Origin: Blasia pusilla
Taxonomy: Eukaryota
Direction: 5' to 3'
NCBI GenBank assembly: GCA_050084515.1
Contig: CM114271.1
Coordinates: 44,206,001-44,270,000, forward strand
DNA: 64,000 bases
The notes below the pieces were generated by a model. That model was given only the letters and a program-made list of their open reading frames with translations, was not told the DNA's origin and made no database searches. A program made the translations under genes and the position numbers. This document shows, piece after piece, positions 22,138-36,996 of the stretch (the stretch's first letter is position 1; each line of letters begins with the position of its first letter).

Positions 22138-25100
22138 TCAAAGTGGTTTGTTTAAAATACTTCGAACTTCTTTGAGGGACAGAATTGGTTGGTGGATTCC
22201 TACTCCTACCTCCGACTCTCTTAAAACTACCAGCAACACATAGTACATGTGCTTACAAGGGAAATACCTTTTGCCACTTGTCTCTCTTTGGACAAAGTCA
22301 TCACATGAACATGTGGGAAAGCAACAGATGTGCACCACATACACCCTGTGACACTTGAATTTCTGATGTTGTTCTGACCCAATACATCCTTCCTATTCCA
22401 TTGCCACTCAAGACATCTTTCTTGGCGATGATCTCCATTTTTGCCTCCCAGTGCTGCAATTCGTTTTGCTCTCTCCACCGTTGGCCTACACATTCTGTTT
22501 CTCTTCACCCCATTTCTAGACTCAAAGCAGAAATAATGGATTGAGATCATCCACCTTCTCCGGGTACATGTTGACATCAATCTTGGGTTGAATACTTAAA
22601 TGCGAAGGTCTCATGTAATGCGAACATGCTCCGAACTTCCCCGTCTCACGAGTCTCAAACCGACACTTGTAAGATTTTCCACCGTCTTGTGTGCGATTCG
22701 TACTGCGGCGATGGGCCAAATTGTGGGGGTATTCGGGAGCTCCAATGGCAGCGGATAAGACTTCGGAAAGCGCAAGATTCATTTGGGCGAAGAAGTCCTT
22801 CAATTGATCCGGTCCTTGTGAACGATCAAAGGTTTTGAGTCCCCAAAACCAGGCAGAGGTCGCCCAGTCCTTATGCAGTTCTTATTTAGGAAAGTGCCGC
22901 ATGCTCTCCTAATGCCATCAGATCCCGCCCCGCAGGTGGGTCCACGTCTGGGTTGCTCGAGATATATGCCACCGTTTTAGGTTGCAATCCACCTCCATTA
23001 CCGGAATCCCATATTGTTGAACCACCCTAGTGACAGGATGATCTTTGTGAACTTCCAAAGAACGGAGGGCTTTTGAAATAAAACATTCACTGATTTTGGA
23101 GAAGTAACTCCATCACGGATTTGGGACGGGTCCGGGGTCCCCGAATACACTGGCGGTGTAATTTCCTCATCCAAATCAATCATCGGATTCGTTCCTCGAT
23201 CTCGCCTCTTCACCGCTCAAGTCAAGATACTTATCTGGTCTCCACGAGTCTCGCTCGGATCGCTCTACCACCATCTGTATGGGACGTCTTGAAACCCGCC
23301 CCGAATATCCCCACCAATGTGTACGTCTTGCTCGAGTGGAGTTCCAGCTACGCACCGGTTGAAGGCTTCCACATACAATTTTTCATCACCAGATCTCACA
23401 GCCGCCTTGACATAGAGCTCGTAGATCGACGGCCCTTTTCCTTTTGTTATGCCTTTTGTGAGAAAGATATGGGATGCTGCAGACTGTAGCATTGCTCTTG
23501 CCTGGTCTTGTTGGCATGCCTCCACAAGTGAAATTCGTTGGCATGCTTGTGACGACCTCCAAGAGGAATGAACACTTTCTACTCCACTTGTGTTGGGGCA
23601 GAGGGCATTTTCATGAACGTTCAATCCCTGCAACGACGGCAATGTTAGAAGGGAATGAAAATAACCCAGGAGTCAAAGAAATAAGCGACCTGTCGGAACC
23701 AGACGGGTTGCAGGCCCGAGGCATCCCATGAACGACTTTGCAACCCGTCGGGTCCCGACGTGTTGTAACCTTAAACCCACCTACTACAACCCGTCGAAAC
23801 ATGACGGGTTGCAAGGCCGAGGCATCCCATGAACGACTCTGTGACCCGTCGGGTCCCGAATGGTTGCACACTCGGGACGACACCAAACATCTGGATGCAA
23901 CCCGTCGGTTTCGCGTCGGGTTGCACACTCGGCAACCCGTCGATCCGATGACTTGCTTGGTTTCTTGGGTTTGAAATCCATATAATTCCCATGCTTCTCA
24001 CCCTGAGCTACAACTTTACAAACAATTCTCAGCGTGAGCTTGACAAGACAAAATAGTGAACTCACCTGCCGCATGAAGTTTCCCCATTGTCTCATAAATA
24101 GTCCACCAACTCAACCAAGAGCACAACTCTTTGTACTTCCCCTCAATCGCATGCTTCCTCCACCACCCATGAAGTTCTTCGTGGCAGTCCATGGCTTGCT
24201 TCAAGGTTTTTTGTCCTTGCAGCGTTGGAGTAGAGTGACATGCTCTGTCCTCTTATTCTCCTTGATGCAAGATTTGGTGTACCGGGTCACTGATTGCCAA
24301 TGGAAAGCATCCGACCTTTCCCTCTCCGGTTGAACCTCTCCACCCAGAACACTTCTCGGATAGCAATCCACCCAGGTTGTGCATTGTCCGCCATGAACCC
24401 ATAAATTTCGGAGGTGGCCTTTTGTTTTCCTTCACCACCTCCAATAAGAGTAACCAAAGACATCTTCAAAGCGCCAACGTCTTACGCCTTTACTTCACAC
24501 ATAAATATAGTTTCGAGTCCCTTCTCCACATGGTCATAAACGTGAGCACCCATCGTCAACCATCCGTTCAAAGACTCAGAGCAAATATCAAAGCCGACAC
24601 GGCTCCGTAAAGATCTTCCCCTTCCCTCATTCGATCTATAAGATCGAGGCCACTCGACGGACTGTGGTTGACATTTTGAAGACATAGGCCCTGGATCCTC
24701 GCCTCCTTGGCCCATGAATTGCCATCTCTGAATGAATGGGAATCTCGAGTTGGCCTTGATTCGGCGATGGCATCCATTTCGCCGTCTTTCCATCTAGAAC
24801 TCGAATCGACGCAAACAAATTCGGAAGCATTCGGGATCGCGAGAAATGCGAGATTTTCCCGAGTTGTTTCTCCTCAACCGCCGTGATCTGCCCTGCCCAG
24901 GATTCCAAGCAATTGTTCACAAATTTGTGATGCCATTGTGAGCTTGATCACCCGGGCTTTGAACCGGAGAGTTTCTCAAGACCTCGGCTACTTTCTTCGC
25001 CACATCCTCCTTGATGTGTCTTTGAATTGCATCGATCCACAGGATGAGTGTGGGAGCCAACATGAATCGCCACCTTGTATACTCGGCGTGGAGCCCAAGT

Positions 25101-26039
25101 CATGGACAATGAAAATATGTATGCAGGACACGCTCCAACGCAGAAGGGCGTGCGACAATGAGGATATCGATGGCCTCCGGCGTATTGTGGCACCCACCTC
25201 GTATGGAGTTTCTGCATTCTTGGGGGGAATTGCAACGTATTGACTCGCCCGTTGCGCTCTAGATACGGGCATGCTGGACTTCTATACTCCAAGGCTCCCA
25301 CGCATTGGCGGCGGGGAGACAATCCAGGACCATCTGGAATGGAAGCACTAGTCCGTTGAAGCTTGCACCATCCATGACAATCAGAGTTTCTGTCCATACC
25401 CTTCAGGCGTCCTCCATCCTTCTTTTGAGCAGGAGCAGCAAGTGGAGGCAACTCAAAAATGCAATTACCATCGACGGGCGGTAGCTCGTCGACAAGAATA
25501 TGCTTGAACATTTTCAAGGCGAGACGAAAGCAAACTATTGCCTAATACTCGCAAGAGGAACAGTAGGCGGACAGAGGGCCCGATTGGTGTCCGACAGATC
25601 CACTGAGGTTGATAACATCCGGAATCTCTTCAGGAAGAACAACATTGTTACGAGTGTGTGAAGTTGGTGTCGAAGCCGGATCTGCAGAGCTTGGAGTTGC
25701 AAACGTAGAGCTCGGAGCACTAGGAAATTCTAGTCCGTCTACTTGGGAAACAAGACGAGGGGGGCCGTAAACTCTGTATTGACCATTTGCGACAGGTAGG
25801 AGATTCCATACTTTACGGTCTGAGGTCACTGGCTGGACCGTCTCACCTATTATGTCTTCCGAACCTTCCACCCTAACATCTTTGGATACAAAGATGGTTC
25901 CAATTTGGAGAAGAAATCGAACAGACAGAAAATTTTCATCCACTGCTACGAAAGACTCACGAGCTTGGGGTCGAATGATTTCTGATTGAGGAAGGGCTGC
26001 CAGATGACTGCCACAAGTGAGCTTAACATAATTATCCAT
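22138..26039 (-). pseudogene. MULE transposase, copy B, many frameshifts
   Basis: ORF fragments match copy A: MDNYVKLTCGSHL, VGFDICSESLNGWLTMG, GVESVHSSW and SWIM CSCDDF...CKHMYY. Confidence 0.85.
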
Positions 26040-27340
26040 TCCAAGAAGATTCCTACGGGAGGAGACTGAGAATGAGAATGAGAATGAGAATATTTAATTT
26101 ATAATGAATAGGAAACAAATACTCCTGACAGATTTTTACTGACAAGATGAATTCGGTGGGGGAGATTGTCCGACACAATGGATCCAATTCTGTAACACAT
26201 TCAATTGTGTTGCAATATGTTACCGGATTTGGGAAGCAGAGGGTTGCGCATCACTTGGAACCCATCGGAGTCCTGGTAACTCATAAATTACCCGAAGCTT
26301 ACTGAAGCCTGCAACCCGTCGGCATCGGACGGGTTGCACGCTTCTGCTAAACATTGTCGAAGCGAGCAACCCGTCGCTCTCCGACGACTTGCTGCGATAC
26401 CGCTCCTTCTTGCTCGAAGATGCCGGAGGCGCAAACCGCCTGTTCTCGGCGAGTTCGCGGGTGCCTCGCCTTTGAGCCCAAAGACGGCGAGGCGTGCAAC
26501 CCGTCGCCCTCAACGGGTTGCGCAAGGGCCTCGCTTGTGGTCTTGCCCGCAGACTCATCCGCGACTTGCACGGAAGCCATCGTTCCTAACCCATGATGAG
26601 GGAAGCGTGCAACCCAACGATCTCCGACGGATTGCTCAAAATACGCCCCGTTCCGCCCCGAACACGGCGGAGGCGCGCAACATGTCGGTCTCGGCGGCTT
26701 GCGCCGGTACCTCGCGTTGTTTTCTGAAAGACGACGGAGGCGCTCAACCCGTCGGTCTCCGGCGGGTTGCTTTGCACTGCGTGGCGGCGTTCGCAGGATG
26801 GCGAGGCGCGCAATATGTCGGTCTCCGGCGGGTTGCGCGGGTACCTCGCGTTCTTTTGAAGACGACGGAGGCGCTCAACCCGTTCGGGCTCCGGCGGGTT
26901 GCTCCGCGCGACGCGGGCGCGTTCCCAAGATGGCGGAGCCGTGCAACTGTCGGACTCGATGCGGGTTGCGATTTTTCACGTCCGGACTTCCGTAACATTC
27001 GGCACGTCGCCGTCGAAAGGACGACGGGACCCAACGGTCAGCCCAACGGCTAGAAAAGTATAAATAGGGCAGAAGTCGCTCATTTCCGGTTTCTCATTTC
27101 GTGATCTTCATTCCTCACTCCTCACTCTCCCACGCAGCAGCTGTTCAGATACGAAGGGGCATTTCACGCGGCGACACATCGCGAGTCGATAGGAGGGAAC
27201 GAGAGCGAGACGGTTCGACCGAGTGATATCAGGACGATTCGAGCTAACCACCAAGGCGAGACGAGCTCCCATCTCGACATCAGCAAGGCGAATGATCAAG
27301 GGAATCGTCGTGGACATAGGCGGAGGCATTTTCGGCAAAA

Positions 27341-30300
27341 ATGACGAGGAAAAAAACACAAGCCAACAAGTCCGGGAGCTTCACTCCGAAGTCCATTAGG
27401 ACTCCTGCGTCAGCTTCTCCTGCGCCTCGTTCGGCGAATGAAATTAGGCAGCAAGAAATCGAGGAGCGGGAAAGGGAAGCGGAGATGCACAACCAAGTGC
27501 TTCTGGCGAGACGTGTTCAAGCGGCGCTAGATAAACAGAACGAAGAGGCCGAGACGTCGCAGGCCTTGAAGAAAAGGATCGCGAATTTAAAAGAGAGAAA
27601 AGAAGCGTCTGGACGCGTCGGTGAGGAGGGCGGAATTGGCTAAAGCGAGGCGGGAAAAAGCGATAGCCATTGACGATAGCCCAGCCCGTCCAACCGCAAG
27701 TGTTGAGATGCGGGAAATGTCCCCCACAAAGTCCGGGGACACAATCAACATAGTGGAAACAACACCAGTTCAAATCGATGACGACAAGGTGATGAGGACC
27801 GCCAGCGTGGAGATGGTGGAGATGGCGGAAGAAGACGGAGAGCGGTCATTCTCGACTCCAAGCCTGGCGGAGGACATCGACCTCTATCGGATCGAGGAGT
27901 TCCCAGTCGATTTGCGGCCCTGTCTCGCACAAGTTAGTGGTCAAGAAACCGACTCCATTTTCAAGCGGGTAAGAGAGGTTCGGGTTTTTTAATTATGTGA
28001 ATTGCAATTCATTGGGATTTCAGTGTAGCTTATTCCTCTTGTCGGTTACGACGGGTGGTAAAGCGAGATGGCACTCATGGAGGGCCACAACGCCCGAGGA
28101 TTCCACTCTGCCGATTAAGGACAATGGAATACGTCCAGAAATCTGATCCGGCGAGGACATCGCAAAGCTAAAACAATCGGGCGGCGCATCCTACGTGGAC
28201 ATTTTTCCTCCCTTCTATGTTCAGCCTTACGACGAGCATGGAACCCAAGCTCTGTTACCGAGGAGGACTTGGAAAATCTTGACACATTCTCGGAGGATGC
28301 GAGACCAGGACTTGAAGGCAAGTTGAGGGCACGCAATTCATTTGGATGAGGAATCAGTATTTCTTCATCCGGGATGGAAATCAGGTTCATGGCGTGGACC
28401 AAGTTTTGGAGGGCGCCCCAACTCATTGGAGGCACATTTCTGCGTGAAGGCGGTGGTCCTTCACCCATACCCTCATCACATGGCGACGGTGGAGATGGCA
28501 ATGCATGCCATGAACACGTAAGTATCTTTAACACTTTTCGCAACTTTCGTCGGACTCGGCGAGTTGCTCGATTGATGAATGGGTTAGGTTTTTTAGGCGA
28601 AAGCAACTCGTCGGACTCGACGGGTTGCTAGATCAAGATGTTTTCGAATGTCTTTTAAGATTGACACTCGTCGGACTCCGACGAGTTGCAATCTTAAAAA
28701 CATCCGAAAAAAGCGTCGCAACCCTAGTTCAAAGAACCCGTCGAGTCCAACGAGTTGCTTACCTGGCATTAGCAAATGAGTGCAACCCGTCGGACTCCGG
28801 ACGGGTTGCATCATTTAGCTTGTTGCTAGAATCCGACCCTGAAGTGCGGACGACCGTCGAGTCCGACGGGTTGCAGGAACCCATGTAATTTCCTGACGGG
28901 TTGAGTTTGGATGTGCAGGATTGTATCGGAGGGGAATGTCACCCACCATTGGATCCAGGACTGCGATCGGGTGAGGAAGGTGCTTACGACGCACCCGGGA
29001 GAGTACAGGGGGTTCTTGGGCGATGCCCTCGTCAATCAGATGCTTGCAAAGGGTGCTCAAATTAAGAAGAAAACTTGGGCAAACAAGTTTATTTCTCAAG
29101 ATGCAGCCGTTACCATCCTTTTTGGTCGAAGATACAGCCCCAAGAAAAGCGCCTGACCGAGCCGAGCGGAGGGAGAAGGTATCTGCGTCTGAGCGCGCCA
29201 AATTCATCCAAGCTGCTGTATCTGCTGCAACGAAATACACGGCGAGCAAGATGCAGCGATACATCAGCATTCTCAACCCCGAACTTGGTCCGGAGTTCTA
29301 CAAGGAGCTCAAGGCGATTATCAAGCATCGGCGAAGAGGGATGAAGATCCGCATGGTCGGATTGGGAGAAAGTGTCATTTGGATCGCGTGCATCGTTTTG
29401 CGTTATCCGGATTAGCGAGTTCAGAGGATACGACCGATGAAAATCGATCTCGAGGGCTCGAGAGGCCCGGAAGAGGGCGCACACCATCCTCCGGTGTGTC
29501 CGATCCGATGATCTCGCATTGACACGCGCGAATGGTCGTTCTGGGACGCGTTGCGGGTAATCGGGAAGTCCGTGCTGGACGGTCTGCAAGCGGAGCTCAG
29601 AAGATTAGAGCCCATTCCGCCGGAAGCAAACCTTGAAAGTTCTGGAGATTACGAGGTTTGGCTCGACGACATCCGGGACAAGCCAACCAAGAACCCTGGA
29701 TTCAAGACCATGTTCAAGGTTTGCGTCCTCCCTCAGGCAGAGCTTGACGAAGAAGTAGAGGGTAACAAACGGGATCAAGCGAAGAAGAAGCGAGATCTAC
29801 AGGAGCAGACGGCCGATAATGTTCGACTAAAAGCTGCCCAACGGATGGTATTCAGGTACCTCGTCCAGTGTAAGAACGCAGGTACGTGGGGAAAATTACC
29901 AATAGCCTTGAAATTGTGGGCTTCGCCGCCGGATGCAGAGACATTCTCCATGTACGACGTGGAGATGGGTCTGCACATGTCGGATTGGGAGGTGGAGAAT
30001 TGCCCCATTTGGCTCAACTTCAACAACCCTGAAGACATCATGGATAAGGATTTACAAGTGCTTCATGATGCAGTGGCCTCAGGACAAGACAACATCCCCA
30101 ATTTCGTCCAGCCTGAAGACTTCTTCGGAGGAGATCTGAGAAAAGCAGGCCACGAGCAGTGAGTTGGCTTCCAAGGTCCGGACAGCCAAAGACAAATCCA
30201 CAGCGGGTCTCAAAGGCAAGGCGAGGGGAGGGAAAAATTCAGAGGCCGAGACTTCCCAAAGAGAGCCTGAAGATGAGAGGCCAGAGGCGGAATCGTCGGA

Positions 30301-31611
30301 CGAGCGAGGGAGAGAGGGTCGGACGGGTCCCGGCGAAGAAAACGCCACGAGAATCCGAGGTCATCGAAACCCGACAAGCCGTCCCCGGACTAGGGAGAAG
30401 CGGAAGCGAGAGGTGCGGGTTGTCCCAAGGAGAATAGAGCCCATCATCCTTGGGAAGACACAGACAAACAACGACCGGACAAGCGTCCTCCTTGATTCAC
30501 CTCTTTCTTGGATGAGCGAACGCCTTGATTCTCAGCGTCGACAAGCGCCATCGAAAAATTGACAACGCTGGGAAGGAAGCTCCAACGAAACGGGCACACC
30601 GCTGGGCGGTGAATGGAGTGGTGGAAGAGGTTGCGGTGGATCTCTTGATCGCCGATCGCCCTCGGGGTTTGCGACTTTGGGGCGAAAATCCGGCGGACGA
30701 GGTACGAGTGGAATCGCCGCTCACTTATGACCGATTGCACTTTTGTTCTCCTTTGCGCACGCCTATCCGAGTGATGGGGCTGCTTCTTGGTGTTGACTGG
30801 AGGGAGCGAGGACGAGCTCTTCAACCTCCAGTGCGTCAAGAGGTCGCTAAAGTGGAGGACGGCACAATCGTGGATCATCAAAAACGAGTACCCACTCCGA
30901 TCCGCGACGAGTCAAATTTGAGTAAGGCTCAATTCTTGTACAATAATTTCAATTATCTTATAATGATGTGTAGAATCAATCAATCTGGGTTTTTTTTGTC
31001 CGTGAGCAACCCGTCGGAAGGCGACGGGTTGTTGGCTTAGAGCAGCCCATGCTCGGCTGAGAGCAACCCGTCGGTCTCCGACAGGTTGCATCTTTCCCAC
31101 ATACAGAGGGAAAACCGTGGTGTACCTGCAACCCGACGGGTTGCAGTTGATTTTGGTCTTTGGATGCAACCCGTCTAATAGCGACGGGTTGCTATCAGAT
31201 GGGTTGCTCTCAGGCGAGCATGGGCTGGTCTAGGCCAGCAACCCGTCGCCTTCCGACGGGTTGCATCCGAAAACCAAAATCAACTTGGAAAACCCAAAAG
31301 CAACTCCAACCCGTCGGGTTCCGACGGGTTGGTCCGGGACAAAACAACCCGTCGGACTCTGACAGGTTGATCCAAAGTCAGTTATTGAAAATCTTCTCAA
31401 GGCGACTTTTTTAGTTTCTGACATTGTTTCGTGCTGATTTTCAGATGGACCACTCCTACGTGTACTACTTCGTTCGGCCTGAGCACAATTTCCATGTGTT
31501 CAAGATCCAGGATCCTGTGGATCCATGCTCAGATGGGTACAGCTTAGATAGTTTGTACAATTTCCCCCCGGGAATTTACATGCAAGACAGTACCCCATAC
31601 CCACTTCTGGG
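27341..31611 (+). pseudogene. ParB/methyltransferase-like accessory gene, copy B, cut by the inversion
   Basis: Runs from MTRKKTQANKSG (27341) to MDHSYVYYFVRP...MQDSTP. The rest of the last exon lies on the minus strand at ~21380-21734. Confidence 0.8.
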
Positions 31612-33442
31612 TATTCTGGTAGGAGAGAGTAAGAGAGGAGAGGAAGAGAGGAAGAGAGGAGAGTCTCTCTTCAAAAAAAAGGGCCAAATCCGCTTCCTCT
31701 CTTCAAAACTTTATGACATATTTGAAATTTTTGTTTGCTTTCAAATCCATGAAATCTTTAGAAGAGAGTAGGTAGTGGTCCACATTTGGCCCTAAAAAAA
31801 CTTACTTTTTCCTTGGGGCGAAAAAAAAGTAGACATCATAAGACCACTACAAACATTTTTCCATCACTCTCCATATGAGCCTAAGTTTCTTAACATCTCC
31901 TTATCTCGGTCAACAAAAAGTAGTGCCCTTGGTATTTTTGTTGGAGGACCACCCGGATGCCAACCCTAAGCATCTACTCCAAGGCATCTACTGCCTGAAA
32001 TTTCTACCTCATCTACTTCTGAACCTGCCCTAACTAAAGCCTCTTGAGCAACATTGATGGCATAGGCTCGACCTGTCTCTTGGACATGCTTGAAGGTGAG
32101 ATAAACCTCTATATTCTTCCCATGCTTGCTTCTTCTCAATCTGGTTCGAGCCCCGCCCTCAGTTCACACCTCCACTTAGCTCCACCTGCACAAATCTTCC
32201 AGAAATCACTCCTTGGATCCTCTCAACTCCATAGATCTCTCCCTTGGATTCTCAAGCTTTATGGCCTTCAAATGAGGTCCTCTAGGCTTCCATGAGGAAT
32301 CTTCTAGCCCACAAGAGTCCAAGCATTTGAGCTCAGCCTCCATTGACCTCTTATTAGCCCCTTATTCTTCATTTCTTGGCCCTAACAATCAGATCCACCC
32401 CCTTGGTTCAAACCCTCCTCTACAACAACAATCAAGCACTCTATCTCCTTCATTGGATACCTTGGAGACTCCCTAGTGCCTACACCATCTCCCTTGTCTC
32501 CTCTAGGCTTGAGGTCAATGGAGTGACTTGGCAGCATTATCACCTTGTACAATCTTCTTGACTTGTTCTTGGACAGCCTGCTGCTGGGCCTTTCTCTTTC
32601 ACCACCTCCACAGGTCCCAAAACATATTCCAGAAAACTTTTACAAACACCATTATGGGTTCAAAAAATCTCGTCCTTTATTACCTCCGAAGGAACCTCGG
32701 AAATGTACATTGAACCTCGTCTATGATTTCTTCAGCCTCCTAACTCTCCTCGGTGACAGTACCAAAGGAATGTCTTGGGATTCAAGTGGCTCCTCTGGCC
32801 GGTTGTAGACGGGGATGGAAAATGTTGGCGAATTCGAAAGCCTTGGCCCCCCCCCTAGGTACACCATAACGGTCCCATGTAACCTGTCTCGAGTCCCACC
32901 ACCTTCCTCGGCAAGTATACCTTATACGCTCTGCAATGTAACACCCATCCAAGTATCAATATCCGCTCCGCCCCCCCGGTAATACCACTATGGCAACCGT
33001 GACAGGTAGAAGGAATCCAACACGTCGAGAGAAGAAAAGAAGCCCTCACGCCTTTTACGAGTTGAGGGGAAGTAGCCAAGGGAAGAAGCCCGCCAGATTG
33101 CACGATCCAAAGGGTCGATCGGGCAACTGTCGAATCGAACAGTTGCCTGGAGGTGGTAAAAGGGTCCGATGGTCAAAAAGCGAAAAGTTGCAAGGAGGAG
33201 AAATCCGACGGGTTGCAAAGTAGAAGACCGTGGAGTACATAGACGATCACATTCGAAAAGACAAAATGATCAGCAAACAATTACAAGCACCACCATCGAT
33301 CGAAAAAATCTTCTGCTTTATATCATCCGAAAAAAGCTTGGAACTGTACATTTGATCTATTCTATGAAATCTTTTGCCAAATTATCAAAAAACTCCCTAC
33401 TCCAAACGGTGCAGTCAAGCTGGGTCGTTGAGTTCTTTGAAC

Positions 33443-36400
33443 TCACTCGTCATCGTCTGAGAGCTCTTGCAAAATCACTTTCGGCCTTGCCCTCCCGATT
33501 TTGGGAATCGTTGGAAGTGACGATGGAGTCACTACCAAGGGTGGCTCTGGAACCGGAGCTCTCGGCTTTGGTGGAGAGTTGTACGCCCCAATGAGCCTTT
33601 CGTATTCTGCCTTTGCCTCATTGCAAAGGTCAAACAGTTCCTGCCTTCCCTCGAGGCAGAGAATGTTCCTGCCACTCTGCCAGGCGCCTCAGATACTCGC
33701 CCTTGAAAGGCCCACTAAGTCGAACACCAAGTCACCCGTCCTTGAGCAGAGCTCGATGAGCGTTTGCATCAGGGTTGGCGACTTTTCCCTTCCTCCCAGA
33801 AGCGGGGTACTATCTTGCATGTAAATTCCCGGGGGGGAATTGTACAAACTATCTAAGTTGTACCCATCTGAGCATGGATCCACAGGATCCTGGATCTTGA
33901 ACACCTGGAAATGGTGCTCGGGCCGAACGAAACAGTACACGTAGGAGTGGTCCATCGTCAGAATCAAAGACGAAACAATGTCAGAAACTAAAGAAGTCGC
34001 CTTGAGAAGATTTTCAATAATTGACTTTGGATCAACCTGTCGGAGTCCGACGGGTTGTTTTGTCCCGGACCCACCCGTCGGAACCCGACGGGTTGCAATT
34101 GCTTTTGGGTTTCCAAGTTGATTTTGGTTTTCGGATGCAACCCGTCGGAAGGCGACGGGTTCTTCGCTCAGACCAGCCCATGCTCGCTTTGAGATAAACC
34201 GTCGATAGCAACCCGTCGCTATTAGGCGGGTTGCATCGAAACCAAAATCAAGCGCAACCCGTCGGGTTCCGGACGGGTTGCGTGTACACCATGATTTTCC
34301 CTTTGTATGTGGGAAAGATGCAACCCGTCGGAAACCGACGGGTTGCTCTCACCGAGCATGGGCTGCTCTAAGCCCCAACAACCCGTCGCCTTCCGACGGA
34401 TTGCTCTGAACAAAAAAAAACCTGATCGACTCTCATTCTACACATCATTATAAGATAATTGAAATTATTATACAGAATATAGCCTTACCCGAATCGACTC
34501 GTTGCGGATTGGAGTGGGTACTCGTTTTTGATGATCCAGGATTGTGCCCTCCTCCACTTTAGCGACCTCTTGACGACTTTGGAGGTTGAAGAGCTCGTCC
34601 TCGCTCCCTCCGAGTCAACACCAAGAAGCAGCCCCTGTCACTCAGATAGGCGTCTGCAAAGGAGAACAAAAGTGCAATCTGGTCATAAGTGAGCGGCAGA
34701 TTCCACTCAGGTACCTCGTCCGCCGGATTTTCGCCCCAAAGTCGCAACCCCGAGGGCAGATCGGCGATCAAGAGATCACCGCAACCTCTTCCACCACTCC
34801 ATTCACCGCCCGAGCGGTGTGCCCGTTTCGTTGGAGCTTCCTTCCTAGCGTTGTCAATTTTTCGATGGCGCTTGTCGACGCTTGAGAATCAAGTATTCGG
34901 CTCATCCAAGAAAGAGGTGAATCGAAGGAGGACGCTTGTCCGGTCGTTGTTTGTTGTGTCTTCCCAAGGATGATGGGTGTATTCTCCTTGGGACAACCGG
35001 GCACCTCTCGCTTCCGCTTCTCCCTAGTCTGGGGACGGCTTGTCGGGGTTTCGATGACCTCGGATTCTGGTGGCGTTTTCTTCGCCGAGGACCCGGTCCG
35101 ACCCTCTCTCCCTGCTCGTCCGGACGATTCCGCCTCTGGCCTCTCATCTTCAGGCTCTCTTTGGGAAGTCTCGGCCTCTGAATTTTTCCCTCCCCTCGCC
35201 TTGCCTTTGAGACCATTGTGGATTTGTCTTTGGTGTCCGGACCTTGGAAGCCAACTCAGCTGTCTCGTGGGCCTGCTCTTCTGCATCTCCTCCGAAGAAG
35301 TCTTCAGGCTGGACGAAATTGGGGATGTTGTCTTGTCCTGAGGCCACTGCATCATGAAGCACTCGTAAGTCCTTATCCATGATGTCTTCAGGGTTCTTGA
35401 AGTTGAGCCAAATGGGGCAATTCTCCACCTCCCAATCCGACATGTGCAGACCCGTTGGACTCCGACGGGTCGCTTTGGGGCAATAACCTTCTAAACCTGC
35501 AGTCACTCGAGCAACTCGTCGGAGTCCGACGACTTGCATTCTTAAAAAAACAACCTCACAAGGCGGCCTGTTGAGCAACCCGTCGGACTCCGACGGTTTG
35601 CTTTGGGCCAAAAACTAGTTAAATCTATGTTCCATCAAACAAGTCGTCGGAGTCCGACGAGTGTCAATCTTAAAAAAACATCCGGAAAACCGTGCAGTCT
35701 AGCAACCCGTCGGAGTCCAACGAGTTGCTTTCTGCCTAAACAAACCTAACCCATTCATCAATCGAGCAACTCGTCGGAGTCCGACGAGTTGCGAAAGTGT
35801 TAAAGATAGTTACGTGTTCATGGCATGCATTGCCATCTCCACCGTCGCCATGTGATGAGGGTATGGGTGAAGGACCACTGCCTTCACGCAGAAATGTGCC
35901 TCCAATGAGTTGGGGCGCTCCTCCGCAAACTTGGTCCACGCCATGAACCTGTGATTTCCATCCCAGATGAAGAAATACAGATTCCTCATCCAGCTGAATT
36001 GCGTGCCCTCAACTTGCCTTCTGAAGTCCTGGTCTCGCATCCTCGAATGTGTCAAGATTTTCCAAGTCCTCCTCGGTAACAGAGCTTGGGTTCCATGCTC
36101 GTCGTAAGGCTGAACATAGAAGGGAGAAAAATGTCCACGAGGGATCTTTATCGCCGCCGATTGTTTTAATTGCGATGTCCTCGTCGGATGTATTTGTGGA
36201 CGTATTCCATTGTCCTTAATGTCAGAGTGGAATCCTCGGGCGTTGTGGCCTCCATGAGTGCCATCTGCTTTACCACCTGTAAGAACCGGGACAAGAGGAA
36301 TAAGCTACACTGAAATCCCAATGAATTGCAATTCACATAATTAAAAAAACCCAGAACCTCTCTTACCCGCTTGAAAATGGAGTCGGTTTCTTGACCAGCT

Positions 36401-36996
36401 AACTTGTCTGAGACAGGGGCTGGCAAATCGATTGGGAACTCCTCGATCCGATAGAGGTCGATGTCCTCCGCCGGGCTTGGAGTCGAGAATGACCGCTCTT
36501 CGGCTTCTTCCGCCATCTCCACCATCTCCACGCTGGCGGTCCTCATCACCTCGTCGTCATCGATTTGAACTGGTGTTGTTTCCACTATGTTGATTGTGTC
36601 CCCGGACTTTGTGGGGGACATTTCCCGCATCTCAACACTTGCGGTTGGACGGGCTGGGCTATCTTCAATGGCTATCTCTTTTTCCCGCCTCGCTTTAGCC
36701 AATTTCGCCCTCCTCATCGACGCGTCCAGACGCTTCTTTTCTCTCTTTTCGTCGGCGATCCTTTTCTTCAAGGCCTGCGACGTCTCGGCCTCTTCGTTCT
36801 GTTTATCTAGCGCCGCTTGAACACGTCTTGCCAGAAGCACTTGGTTGTGCATCTCCGCTTCCCTTTCCCGCTCCTCGATTTCCTGCTGCCTAATTTCATT
36901 CGCCGAACGAGGCGCAAGAGAAGCTGACGCAGGAGTCCTAATGGACTTGGGAGTGAAGCTCCCGGACTTGTTGGCTTGTGTTTTTTTCCTCGTCAT
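33443..36996 (-). pseudogene. ParB/methyltransferase-like accessory gene, copy C, with ~1.4-kb deletion
   Basis: ORF 36166-36996 gives an unbroken N-terminus. FFIWDGNHRFMA, IADLPSG and GDLVFDLVGLSRAS are present. Confidence 0.8.

Larger units (their letters stand above)
21735..31611 (-). mobile_element. Copy B inverted segment (right end back to the methyltransferase exon)
   Basis: Starts GAGGTGCGGTAA, the reverse complement of the right end. It is the reverse complement of ~4400-14643 and ends ACTTCTGGG (31603-31611). Confidence 0.9.
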
